Of a stretch of 52,530 bases of DNA, positions 38,530-48,413 are shown piece by piece. Position 1 is the first letter of the stretch, and every line of letters starts with the position of its first letter. Source of the DNA: a virus (Duplodnaviria; Caudoviricetes). Made by a program: the position numbers and the translations under genes. Below the pieces are notes generated by a model, which did not search any database, was not told the origin of the DNA, and worked only from the letters and a program-made list of their open reading frames with translations. The stretch covers positions 1 to 52,530 of the IMG/VR virus record IMGVR_UViG_3300033512_000519. One strand, written 5' to 3'.

Positions 38530-39330
38530 ATGTATTATAATTGGTATAAAGTAGCGAAGATGCAGCAAGAAGCTGGAATAAAAGATTATATTCCGGCTTC
38601 ATTAATGTCTGCTATCGTTTCAGTAATGAGTGGTTCCGCTATTTGGAATGCTGCTGAAAGATTTAAAGTTGACCCATCAGATATTGAAAACGCTTTGAAT
38701 AACCCTCAGCTTATACAATATGTACAAAATGATAAACCGAAATTAAATATGCAAAATTATCAATCAAACTTACAACCAAAACCAAACTTACAGCCAAAAC
38801 CAACGCTACAACCTAAACAAAACCTTACTAAAAACAAAACAACCCCTTTAGTTACTCAAGCTACTTTGACTACTGAATTGCTAAATAGCTTGAAAAAATT
38901 AGAAGGAACCCTTGAATATCAAAAATCTATTGGCAATTTCAGAGGTGGCAAATTTTATCCTTACAAAGATAAGAATGGGTTTTCAACAATTGGATACGGA
39001 CATAAAATAATCAATGGGGAAAACTTTGCAAAAGGTATAACTCCAGAAAAAGCAGATCAGTTATTGAAACAAGACGCTCAAAAATCAATAGATCAAACAA
39101 ATCGTTTAATTTCAACAATACCTGTAACTCCAGATGCTGCTCAAATTTTAGCTAATATGGTTTTTCAAATGGGTGAAATTGGTGTAACAAATTTTAGCGG
39201 TATGTTGAAATCTCTAAAAAACCAAGATTATCAAACTGCTGCTATAGAAATGTTAGATAGTAAATGGGCAAAACAAGATTCTCCAACTAGAGCAAAAGAG
39301 TTAGCAAGTCTTATGTCCAAACAAAAATAA
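38530..39330 (+). CDS. GH24/T4-like lysozyme with N-terminal NWYKxA leader and LQPKP repeat linker
   Basis: KKLEG...YPYKDKNGFSTIGYGH, NMVFQMG, EMLDSKWAKQ...RA. Confidence 0.88.
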   Translation: MYYNWYKVAKMQQEAGIKDYIPASLMSAIVSVMSGSAIWNAAERFKVDPSDIENALNNPQLIQYVQNDKPKLNMQNYQSNLQPKPNLQPKPTLQPKQNLTKNKTTPLVTQATLTTELLNSLKKLEGTLEYQKSIGNFRGGKFYPYKDKNGFSTIGYGHKIINGENFAKGITPEKADQLLKQDAQKSIDQTNRLISTIPVTPDAAQILANMVFQMGEIGVTNFSGMLKSLKNQDYQTAAIEMLDSKWAKQDSPTRAKELASLMSKQK

Positions 39331-39570
39331 AAATCATAAAAATCACCGTAATGCCTATTCTATTATAAATATTTAGTGGACCACTATAGAGAACTTAATT
39401 AATAGGCTCAACTCAAACAAAACGTTAAGTTTCTAATCAACAAGCATTTACAAAGATAATACACAGATTCATTTGAGTAATTTTTACTGATGCTTTTGAC
39501 GTGATTTTATAGTTTTCACATCAAATCAACGTTGTAAAAAGTAAAAATTACTAAAATCATTTTTAAACAA

Positions 39571-39621
39571 AAATACATTTCAAAAAATTTTATTATTATT
39601 TTTGAAATGTATTTGTATAAT
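39571..39621 (+). promoter_or_regulatory. Perfect 16-bp inverted repeat abutting a TGTATAAT promoter
   Basis: AAATACATTTCAAAAA (39571-86) / TTTTTGAAATGTATTT (39599-614). TGTATAAT at 39614-39621. Confidence 0.65.
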
Positions 39622-39669
39622 GACAATGTTAAAACAAATCGGTTTTAATCCCTTCCATGTAGGGAATAC

Positions 39670-40626
39670 ATGAGTGCGAGTAAAAAGGAGTATAGTATGA
39701 CGACAAACACATCAAACCTACCCATATCTTGGGAAGACAGAATTAATCAGTTCTCGAAAATTATCGGACTGACAGAAGCTCAAGTAGAGAGTGCATTAGC
39801 AGAGAAACCTCTTGAATTAACTAAAGAAACCCCATACGTATTGGAAATGCTTTCAGATGATAGTATTGTTCCATTTGGCGATTTGAGAAAAATATTTTCA
39901 GATGATCGAAACGTTTCTTTACCAAAATTAAGATTGGGAGTTAAATATTTAAGAGGACCGAAAGAAGTTCGTGATATCGGGACAGAAGAAGTTGATCCAG
40001 ATTTAGTAGAGCTTCAAACCAAATATGGAATTAAAACAAGATTTGAAGATCTTGGGGCAGAGGATCTGATTCCATGTTACAACCCTTCTAAACAAAATCG
40101 AATCACAAAAGCATTGCAAGCTATATTTGGTGACAAACCAGTTATCGCATTCAAGCCTGATTCTAAACAAATTGCAATAGAAGAAACCATTAATTATATT
40201 ATCGATATTAATGACGGATTACCCGAAGAAGATGCTATAGAAGTTAATGGAGAATTAGTTCAATTATATCCAATCGGTAAACTTCCGAATCAAACGATAG
40301 ACGAAGATCCGCTTTTTGAAGGACAACCATTAAAAAGAAATCGTTCCATTGTAAACAGATTCAATTGGGATGGCATATCTAAAGAAATTAGACAAATGGC
40401 ACGTATTCTTGTTAATCGCAATGATATTGACGCTAATGATAGAATGAAAATACGTTCATTGTTTGATTCGTCAACAACGATGGGAACAATTAAGAAAATA
40501 TTTCCAGAGGCATATATGCAGTTCAAGCAACTTAGCAGAACTGATGAACTACCAAAGCTGATTCTAACAATGGATCAAGCTATTAGTAAAAACAACAACC
40601 CTTTTGGTATTAATAGAAAATACTAA
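39670..40626 (+). CDS. Hypothetical protein (start probably 39697 after AAGGAG)
   Basis: 318-aa ORF, first gene of a three-gene operon. Confidence 0.75.
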   Translation: MSASKKEYSMTTNTSNLPISWEDRINQFSKIIGLTEAQVESALAEKPLELTKETPYVLEMLSDDSIVPFGDLRKIFSDDRNVSLPKLRLGVKYLRGPKEVRDIGTEEVDPDLVELQTKYGIKTRFEDLGAEDLIPCYNPSKQNRITKALQAIFGDKPVIAFKPDSKQIAIEETINYIIDINDGLPEEDAIEVNGELVQLYPIGKLPNQTIDEDPLFEGQPLKRNRSIVNRFNWDGISKEIRQMARILVNRNDIDANDRMKIRSLFDSSTTMGTIKKIFPEAYMQFKQLSRTDELPKLILTMDQAISKNNNPFGINRKY

Positions 40627-40683
40627 TTTAAAAAGACAACGTACTCTTGGCGATTGCATCAATAAGAGGATTTAATAAGGTAT

Positions 40684-41871
40684 ATGCTTATGAAAAATAA
40701 TTACAATTTCAATACATCATGGGATTCCGATTATTGGATGGAGTCAAATGGACTTTTTTGTGGATTCAATATGGTAGACGCTTTAAAATCTAAACAAAAT
40801 AACGGAGAAGAGATATTACAAGGTTTGCCGCCTTACAACTGGAGATCATCATTTTTAGTTGATGAATATCCTGCTTGTCCTTCAAGTTGGATGAGAAGTT
40901 CAGCTAAACTTTCAAGTTATTTTGTTCCAGTCAAAGAAGGTCATGGGATATGGTTGGACTTTAATAAAAATAGCAATAATAAATATGACGTTGCGATTGT
41001 CGTATCGGTTCAAGGAATAAATGCTATTACTGGACTTCCATGTAACGATCCTCAGCTAGAGCAATATATAGATGAGTGTCCTATTCATAAAACTCCATTC
41101 GGTAGAAATCGTTTATGCGAGAAATGCGGCTTTAAATGGCCTAAACAAAATTATATTTCAACTACATCAACGTCATTTGATCGTTTATGGATAGATGGCT
41201 TTAGAGCTGCTAACGGCGTAGTTCAACAATATATTTTGACAGAAAAAACAATGAAAGGTGTTGCTGCAAACATTATAGGTTCGGATAGGGTATACGCAAT
41301 CGGTGTTAGCTTTTTCTTATCTAAAAATACGAAACAATATCAATTCAGTTCTACTTTTGCGAGAATAGCGGATTCAACAGATTGGACTGTTATAGGTCCT
41401 AGAGGAACCATTGAACCTGTAACTTATACCACTCATCACGCCTTTGATATACAAAACATGGATATTTTAGATACTAATCTAGTTGACAATATAAATCTAG
41501 TTGACAATATAAATATTTCTACGCCGACAACAACTCAATATTCAACAATGGATACAAGCACTTATATTAACAACTATATTGACGCTGGAATTAAAAGCAG
41601 TAATAGTTCGTGTATTAAGAATAAGAATAGTTTTTCAAATAACGTAACAAAAGCGGTTGCCAAAAAAATAGAAATCGGTGCTGGAGCAAGTATAGATCAG
41701 ACGTTGGGAGATGATCCAGAATCTCTCGATTTTTGGAGAGATACGCCTGAAGCATTACTGTGCATTAATTATTGTTTAGAAGAAGATTGTCAAAATATCT
41801 TAAACAAGGGTAAAGTTTCAAAACAAGGTCACGATAAGGGGTTTTTAAAAGATATACCTCACGGAAATTAA
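40684..41871 (+). CDS. Uncharacterised beta-sandwich-like protein with zinc-ribbon insert
   Basis: YFVPV...IWLDF, INAITG, QNYI...WIDGF...GVVQQY, IGAGASIDQ...DP...FW, CPIH...CEKC. 18-bp tandem duplication at 41476-41511. Confidence 0.7.
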   Translation: MLMKNNYNFNTSWDSDYWMESNGLFCGFNMVDALKSKQNNGEEILQGLPPYNWRSSFLVDEYPACPSSWMRSSAKLSSYFVPVKEGHGIWLDFNKNSNNKYDVAIVVSVQGINAITGLPCNDPQLEQYIDECPIHKTPFGRNRLCEKCGFKWPKQNYISTTSTSFDRLWIDGFRAANGVVQQYILTEKTMKGVAANIIGSDRVYAIGVSFFLSKNTKQYQFSSTFARIADSTDWTVIGPRGTIEPVTYTTHHAFDIQNMDILDTNLVDNINLVDNINISTPTTTQYSTMDTSTYINNYIDAGIKSSNSSCIKNKNSFSNNVTKAVAKKIEIGAGASIDQTLGDDPESLDFWRDTPEALLCINYCLEEDCQNILNKGKVSKQGHDKGFLKDIPHGN

Positions 41872-41884
41872 AACAAGGAGAAAA

Positions 41885-42541
41885 ATGAGCAAAAAAAACT
41901 ACACGCATATTATATCATTAATAGATTGTTCTGGTTCAATGTCATCAATTAAGACAGATATGGAAGGTGGATTCGATGTCTTTATAAAAAAACAGCAAGA
42001 AGTTGAAGGGGAAGCAACGTCTACGCTAATTCAATTCGACGACGCATATGAAGTCTTACACGAAAACATTGCTATTAAACAAGTCCCTAAATTTAATCTA
42101 GTGCCAAGAGGAATGACAGCCCTATTGGATGCTATTGGAAAAACGCTGGAAAATGAACGAAAAAGAATTAAAGCTATGGATGAATCTGAGCAACCCGAAA
42201 AAGTTGTTTGTATTATAATTACAGATGGACACGAGAATGCTTCAAGAACGTATAATCGTGAACGTATATTTACTATGATTTCCGATTTAGAAGGACAAGA
42301 AGATCCTCAATGGGATTTTATATTCTTGGGAGCCAATCAAGACGCAATAAAGGAAAGTGCTAATTTAGGTATACGTGCTGGATCGACAATGACTTATGAT
42401 ACCAGCAGTATAGGAACACAATCTCTGTTTCACTCTCTAAGCGAGAATATGACGACCTATCGTTGCTGTTCGACAAAAAGCAAATATTCATTTTCTGAAG
42501 AGGATAAGGCTATACAAGAAGATTTACTCAGTAAAAAATAA
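41885..42541 (+). CDS. Stand-alone von Willebrand factor A domain protein
   Basis: MIDAS DCSGSM, GMTALLDAIG, ITDGHEN, FIFLGAN. Confidence 0.92.
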   Translation: MSKKNYTHIISLIDCSGSMSSIKTDMEGGFDVFIKKQQEVEGEATSTLIQFDDAYEVLHENIAIKQVPKFNLVPRGMTALLDAIGKTLENERKRIKAMDESEQPEKVVCIIITDGHENASRTYNRERIFTMISDLEGQEDPQWDFIFLGANQDAIKESANLGIRAGSTMTYDTSSIGTQSLFHSLSENMTTYRCCSTKSKYSFSEEDKAIQEDLLSKK

Positions 42542-42549
42542 TAAAAGTA

Positions 42550-43182
42550 CTAATATATGCTTATGAGGCGATAGTACATATTTGTAATGATATCGCCATC
42601 CCATATATTTGTTCCATTTACTGGTTGTATTTTTTGTGCCAAAGTCCATATACCGCTTGTAAGATTAGTGGTATATTGAATTTGAATATTCGTAATAGAT
42701 TGATGTGTATATTGGTGTTTCCATAATATTTTGCATGAATTGTTTGTCCTCTGCATTGAAGTTATTTTTAAAAATGACTCGTTGTTTTGCGGATTAGTGG
42801 CACTCCAAAACTCCTGTATATTGGAAAAGCCATCATAATCCCAATCATTTGTTACGATTAATTCAAAATTGCTATTAGTCCAGTTTGCTAACCATTCATA
42901 AGGAACGTTCCCTATAGTAGTGGTAATTGCACTAAAAGCGGCAGTTATAGAAATTGAATTTGTAACGCTCAATGTTATTTGGTTATTTAATATTGAAGCG
43001 TTATTCGTGTTTCCGTGCCATTGTGTGAACTTGCTATATTGTATTGGAGTAGCGATTATAGTTATATTTGTTCCAGCGGCATACCATCCACTATTGACAT
43101 TTAATGTTCCTCTTTGGGCATTTGAGCGTGTCGGGAAGATAATTAATATTAATATCGCCGCAACATAATGAATTATTTTCAT
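42550..43182 (-). CDS. Secreted protein: InlB B-repeat-like domain plus DxDxDG..N..E...TNP module
   Basis: Signal peptide ending SNA; GWYAAGTNITIIATP...FTQWHG; DWDYDGFSNIQEFWSATNP; YTTNLTSGIW...YYRL. Promoter 43189-43215. Confidence 0.75.
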   Translation of the reverse strand: MKIIHYVAAILILIIFPTRSNAQRGTLNVNSGWYAAGTNITIIATPIQYSKFTQWHGNTNNASILNNQITLSVTNSISITAAFSAITTTIGNVPYEWLANWTNSNFELIVTNDWDYDGFSNIQEFWSATNPQNNESFLKITSMQRTNNSCKILWKHQYTHQSITNIQIQYTTNLTSGIWTLAQKIQPVNGTNIWDGDIITNMYYRLISIY

Positions 43183-43390
43183 TATTTATTTTTCTTTTAC
43201 TAATCGCACAATCCTTTCTTTAATTGCTTTTTAGTCAACAACTAAAGAATATTTTATGTTACATAAATATAATAAATATTGATTGATTTACAATATATTA
43301 TGTTAAATACAAAAGGAATAAAAAGAAAAAACATAGAGTATTATTATGTCCACAATGTATTAAAAATAAAACAGTAAAGGAGATATAAAC

Positions 43391-43915
43391 GTGAAAAGTA
43401 AAAAAGTAATTAAAATCGAATGTATTATAAAAGTTTTAGCATCTTTGGTTATGATTTGCATTTTATCATGCAGTGGCTGTAAAACATTAGAGTATCTTGT
43501 GGATTTATTGCCTGAAAAAGAAGATGTTCAGCCACCACCGCCACCGCCTCAACCGCCTGTTATCGATGAAGCTGAAAAATACAAAGATGGACCAAGCACA
43601 ATATCTCATGGCAAATCTGGATTCTTGTGGAAACCAATTTCTGACAACACAGGTTTTCCAGTATTATTGCTTCCTCCAAGATTCACAAACAAAACACAGG
43701 CAGTTACTTGTAATGATATATTGATTTATTGCAGTGCTGTAGCGAACGGTTACAGAGGGCATTATAGATTAAATCAGCATTATACAGGAGCGTTAACTAT
43801 TAAAGCAGTTGCAACAGACGGAATCGGTGGAGCATCATATCTATGGACATGGATTATACCGGACGCAAGCCAGAGATATGATAGTAATGTAACGCCAACA
43901 ATTGAAAAACTATGA
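43391..43915 (+). CDS. Lipoprotein with poly-Pro linker
   Basis: Hydrophobic stretch plus LSCSGC lipobox; GFLWKPISD...VLLLP and ANGYRGHYR motifs; AAGGAG RBS. Confidence 0.75.
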   Translation: MKSKKVIKIECIIKVLASLVMICILSCSGCKTLEYLVDLLPEKEDVQPPPPPPQPPVIDEAEKYKDGPSTISHGKSGFLWKPISDNTGFPVLLLPPRFTNKTQAVTCNDILIYCSAVANGYRGHYRLNQHYTGALTIKAVATDGIGGASYLWTWIIPDASQRYDSNVTPTIEKL

Positions 43916-43926
43916 AAGAATACGTT

Positions 43927-44496
43927 TTAAATAAAATCTGTATTTATAACATCATTTGAATTTGGTAGTAATTTAACAGGGTTGCCTAATATTACATCAT
44001 AATGGGTCATGTGTTCTTTATCATTTTGTACTATTATGTTTCTACCTGTCACTTCCCTACCAAGTTTCCAATATTCAAAACAATTATCAAATCTTTCATC
44101 ATGCCCATCTATATGTTTGTTCTTCCAAAGAATGTGATGCCCCATCTCGTGATTCATAACTTGGTGTTGAGTTTGCCCTTGTGGACCTATCGCCGTAAAT
44201 ACTTTGCCATCAAGATTATATAGTCCTCTTACCCACATATTGTTTAACTCAGGAGCTTTCCATGCATATATGCCGTTGCCAAAATCAGCTTGGGCGGGTA
44301 TATCATAAGCTTTAACTATATAATCATCTAATTTCCAACCTGTTGCACTTTTAATTGATTTTTTAGCTTCGTCATAAGCTTTTATCCATTTTTTTTCTGT
44401 TTTTGAAGGTGCTTTAACTACAGATTCACCTCCATCTGCAAACATATTGATGAATAATTGTCCTAATCCTGCTGGTAATGTATAAAGAAAATTCAT
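43927..44496 (-). CDS. Zinc metallopeptidase-like protein
   Basis: NHEMGHHIL...GHD (HExxH plus a downstream His). Confidence 0.7.
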   Translation of the reverse strand: MNFLYTLPAGLGQLFINMFADGGESVVKAPSKTEKKWIKAYDEAKKSIKSATGWKLDDYIVKAYDIPAQADFGNGIYAWKAPELNNMWVRGLYNLDGKVFTAIGPQGQTQHQVMNHEMGHHILWKNKHIDGHDERFDNCFEYWKLGREVTGRNIIVQNDKEHMTHYDVILGNPVKLLPNSNDVINTDFI

Positions 44497-44990
44497 GATT
44501 GTTCCTCTTTGTTAAATATTGACGATATGTTTTGCCATAATTTACCAAAAAGTCTAACTCCTTTGTAATATAATCCAGACAAACAGAAATTAAATTGAAT
44601 CAATATATGGTAAAATATTAAGTCTGCAAATTTTCTGACAATTTTTGAATTAAGATTGGTGATCTTGCTTATTTCATATAAAAATTGATACAGGAAATCA
44701 TGAACAATGGTAGCAACTGTAGTATCTCTCATATGTTCACTTTGCTCTTGAAGAATCGGCATATTGGCTATTGGGTAATCCTTTTGCTCTATTTCTTTAC
44801 CCTGCCATACATGTCCACTAGCACCATTCCATGCATAATTTTTATATATAATTATTTTATCTGAATATATTTCTCCCCATTCTGTTTTTATACATACATT
44901 ATCCGTATTTATAAATAATGGTGAAAAATCATAAAAATATGTGTAATTTTCTTTAAGGTAATATCTATATTTTGATTTTTTGGCAGTCAT
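44493..44990 (-). CDS. DUF1353-like protein
   Basis: YAWNGAS, ATIVHDFLYQ, RKFADLIF, YKGVRLFG. Confidence 0.8.
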   Translation of the reverse strand: MTAKKSKYRYYLKENYTYFYDFSPLFINTDNVCIKTEWGEIYSDKIIIYKNYAWNGASGHVWQGKEIEQKDYPIANMPILQEQSEHMRDTTVATIVHDFLYQFLYEISKITNLNSKIVRKFADLIFYHILIQFNFCLSGLYYKGVRLFGKLWQNISSIFNKEEQS

Positions 44991-45113
44991 GCGTATTAAT
45001 TCTGATATATTTGTTAAAAACCTTTTGGTAAAATAATAAAAAGAAAAAGGATCAACAACTTTTATAATGGAATGATAATAAAAACAATTATCTTGAAAAT
45101 AAAGGAGAAAAAA

Positions 45114-48100
45114 ATGATATATTGTAAATATGCGGTGATGTTTCTGATGTGGCTATTTGTCTCTAACATTGCTTTTGCAGCTACTTATATAAATGGAAAA
45201 GAAGTTATAGAGGCATATAGTGTAACAACAGAAACAGTTGTAACAGATACAATTACTGTTGATGGACAAATAATTGATGCTGGTACAGTTAGTAGTTGGA
45301 ATGCATGTATTACTAATCTGTCTGAATTAGAAATAAGTCTGGCTGATACAACATTAGGTAGCGAAGGAATTAGATTAATTGGAGCTTTTTGTGGTTATAC
45401 GCTTGAAGAATTCTTTGAAGATACCTATTTGTCTGGACCAAGCAGAGATAAACCAACATGGACTTATTCAATGTATCCTGTTGCTAATTTAAACATATCA
45501 TACACGGATGGAGATGTATATTCGCCTTCACATGGATATTTTAAACTTATAGATGGAACGAAAACATTAACTGATAATGCAAACAACTTCGCTTACTGGA
45601 GCACAAATACACCTACTATAATTCAATGGGCTGCCTCTCGTCCCACAGGCGATTCTATTATATTGGCTCGTTTTACTACTGCAATGGGATCAATCATATC
45701 CGTTGATGAAACTCGTGCAATTGGTGAAGCCACATTAGATATGTTGGTTGCAAATGCCGATATAATTCCTAGTTTAGTTATTACTCCATCAGGAATCTTA
45801 GCCTATTCAACTGGAACAGCTCTTTCAAATGTGGCTATGACGGCAGGCTTTGAGTATCAAGATATGATTAATAAAATGGAACATTATAATCAAAATCTAT
45901 CTGATACGAACATTACAACACGATTATTAGCATATAGCAAGACAAACGGTAATTATATAGTAACATATACCAATATAGTCCCTGTTGGATATTGGGGTGA
46001 TGGAACAAATGTAGTAGCTTGTGACACTAATTTATGGTATAGAGGTTTATTTTTATCAAAAGCTACGAATAGAGAAATGCATTGGGTTTACCCGCAAGCT
46101 TCATATACTAGTGAGGTAGATGCAATTAATGGAACTGATCCCGTTAAGCCTACTGGTTTTGAGCCATATGTAATTTCTTCTACAGCATATATTTTCAAGG
46201 GCAACGAAACAGAACTAAGCCTAGATACAGCCAGATGGATTGACCGTAGAACTATGATACGTTCAGGCTCAAGCACAGGCGGTGGTGGCGGTGGCGGACC
46301 AACTTCAATTCCTGCACTTAGTCAGGTTATGGCGGCAGGTAGTTCTTTAGGTGGAATATTGCCTCATGACGCTCCACTCCCTACTGATCCTGATGAATTA
46401 GCAAGTAAAGAATATGTAGATTCTACGGTTAATAATATAAATTCGGGCAAAGCATATGTTGATACTAACGGAGACGACTTAACGGCACAGGTTGGGAGTT
46501 CGATTAATCCTTTCAAAACAATTCAAGCTGCTATTGATGCATGTGCTGCTGTGGCTACAGATAATAATCGATATGTTGTGAGCGTCAGTCCCGGTCATTA
46601 TAATGAAAATTTAACTATGAAGAATTATATTAGTCTTCAAGGCATTGATATTGAAGCAACGATAATTCATGGTTATATAACGTTTCCGTCTAGTTATACA
46701 GATATTACTGGTACTGGAATTCAATTATTTACGGTTGTTACTGAAAATTCACCAGTTATTACATTTAACTTAGGTGCTGACGACGCATATGCCGGAATAA
46801 GATCATGTTATCTTATATCAAATTATGACGATAATAGTATAACAAATAAAAGTCTCATAGTTGCTAATAGAGGACTGGTTGAAATATATGGGACTACTTA
46901 TAATGAATTGAATGTAAATGGGACAAACACAGAAACATTTATTGGTAATGAACAAATATATGAACACTTTGCCAATCCCTCCAATGATGGATTATCTCAA
47001 CTTATTGCATATTCTGCCTCTAGTATTATTACATCTAAAAACACCAGAGATAATGTTTCAATATTCTATAATCACAATAATTTAGATACTAGATGTTTCA
47101 ATATTGTACAAGCTGGCGTTGATAGAATATTTCTCGACAATACTGACGAACATAGTAACACTGTAAGTCTCGTAAGAGCTATTAATTCTAAAGGGGTTAC
47201 TTTATGTCAAGGTAAAATGACGAAATTAGAATTACCTAGTACTAATAGCGTAAAGATTGTTTTGGGATATATCGCCAATAGTGTTGATAAAGGTTTAATT
47301 ACACTAAAAGACAATAATATAAGAGTTATCTGTGACGAAGTACTTGAAAATGTATTTTTTGGTTCAGCTACGTCAACTAATGACAATATAAAGATAATCA
47401 ACACGACAATAATAACAGGTATAGACCCAATTGAAATTAATTATCCTGAAAGATATATCGATGATGGTTCAGATGGCAATTATGATATCAATACTACTTG
47501 TGAGAATGGAGACACTATTCTCGGTGGACCTATAGATATGTCAGACGCAAATAGAACATCTGTTCTTACGCCATCCACAGGACATTTAAAAGTATTCCAG
47601 TCCCCTTATGCGGGTCTTGAAAACCTAATGCTGAAAGATTCTTCTGGTAATGTAATTAGATTGGCAAGAGATAATTTTTATAACGGTTACAACGGTGACG
47701 TATCGGCTCTTGCAGTCGGTGAAGCTGTTTATTTCGCACCGGGTATTTCTCCTGATAATACCCCAATAGTAAAACGATGTATTGCCAGTGATATCTCTAC
47801 GATGCCGTGTATTGGTCTTGTTTCACAAATAGGAGGTATTGCTACCGGATCTATTGGTAGAATAATGTTAATTGGACGATTAGAAAACCCATGTAACACA
47901 GCTTCATTCTCTCCCGGCGATAAATTATATGTTAGTGCAACTATCGCTGGTGGGATTACAAACGTTGCGCCGACAGGTACTAATATTGTACAAGTCATCG
48001 GGAATTGTCATATATCTTCAACGAATGGATATATCAATGTTCGTCCGTGGAGACCTGATACTCTTGGTGGGTTAACTGCTGAATCATATGCTCTTGCTAC

Positions 48101-48413
48101 AAATATTAATGTTTCGTTTAAAACAACTTATGAATTAGTAAGTTCTCCTACTGTAACTGTAACAAGAGCGATGGGAAATGAGTTAAGTCTTTTTATGACA
48201 AATAATGTAGAACTAACATATAGTCAGGCTGATTTTCCGACTAATGGAGTTTCTAGGTTTGGAGTGTCATTATATAAAGGAGCGTTTACTTTAACAATAA
48301 ATACTAATTTAATTGATTCTGTTTCATTTGGAGCCTTGACGCTTAGCACAACAAATTGGAATTACATTGTTATTAATAAAGGATTTGGGCAAACCAAGGC
48401 GGAGGTAAGATAG
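45114..48413 (+). CDS. Tail fibre/spike-like protein with an N-terminal signal peptide
   Basis: Start at 45114 after AAGGAG. MIYCKYAVMFLMWLFVSNIAFA signal; LSQVMAAG; LASKEYVD; GSSINPFKTIQAAID beta-helix entry; GEAVYF...IGLV...GDKLYVS fibre domain. Confidence 0.75.
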   Translation: MIYCKYAVMFLMWLFVSNIAFAATYINGKEVIEAYSVTTETVVTDTITVDGQIIDAGTVSSWNACITNLSELEISLADTTLGSEGIRLIGAFCGYTLEEFFEDTYLSGPSRDKPTWTYSMYPVANLNISYTDGDVYSPSHGYFKLIDGTKTLTDNANNFAYWSTNTPTIIQWAASRPTGDSIILARFTTAMGSIISVDETRAIGEATLDMLVANADIIPSLVITPSGILAYSTGTALSNVAMTAGFEYQDMINKMEHYNQNLSDTNITTRLLAYSKTNGNYIVTYTNIVPVGYWGDGTNVVACDTNLWYRGLFLSKATNREMHWVYPQASYTSEVDAINGTDPVKPTGFEPYVISSTAYIFKGNETELSLDTARWIDRRTMIRSGSSTGGGGGGGPTSIPALSQVMAAGSSLGGILPHDAPLPTDPDELASKEYVDSTVNNINSGKAYVDTNGDDLTAQVGSSINPFKTIQAAIDACAAVATDNNRYVVSVSPGHYNENLTMKNYISLQGIDIEATIIHGYITFPSSYTDITGTGIQLFTVVTENSPVITFNLGADDAYAGIRSCYLISNYDDNSITNKSLIVANRGLVEIYGTTYNELNVNGTNTETFIGNEQIYEHFANPSNDGLSQLIAYSASSIITSKNTRDNVSIFYNHNNLDTRCFNIVQAGVDRIFLDNTDEHSNTVSLVRAINSKGVTLCQGKMTKLELPSTNSVKIVLGYIANSVDKGLITLKDNNIRVICDEVLENVFFGSATSTNDNIKIINTTIITGIDPIEINYPERYIDDGSDGNYDINTTCENGDTILGGPIDMSDANRTSVLTPSTGHLKVFQSPYAGLENLMLKDSSGNVIRLARDNFYNGYNGDVSALAVGEAVYFAPGISPDNTPIVKRCIASDISTMPCIGLVSQIGGIATGSIGRIMLIGRLENPCNTASFSPGDKLYVSATIAGGITNVAPTGTNIVQVIGNCHISSTNGYINVRPWRPDTLGGLTAESYALATNINVSFKTTYELVSSPTVTVTRAMGNELSLFMTNNVELTYSQADFPTNGVSRFGVSLYKGAFTLTINTNLIDSVSFGALTLSTTNWNYIVINKGFGQTKAEVR

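Noticed and set aside
41476-41511. 18-bp tandem repeat containing TTGACA as a promoter array
   Set aside because: In-frame NLVDNI duplication in a low-complexity linker, most simply replication slippage.
45072-45113. Listed start of the 1113-aa ORF
   Set aside because: ATG 45072 lies inside the putative promoter -10. AAGGAG precedes ATG 45114, which begins the signal peptide.
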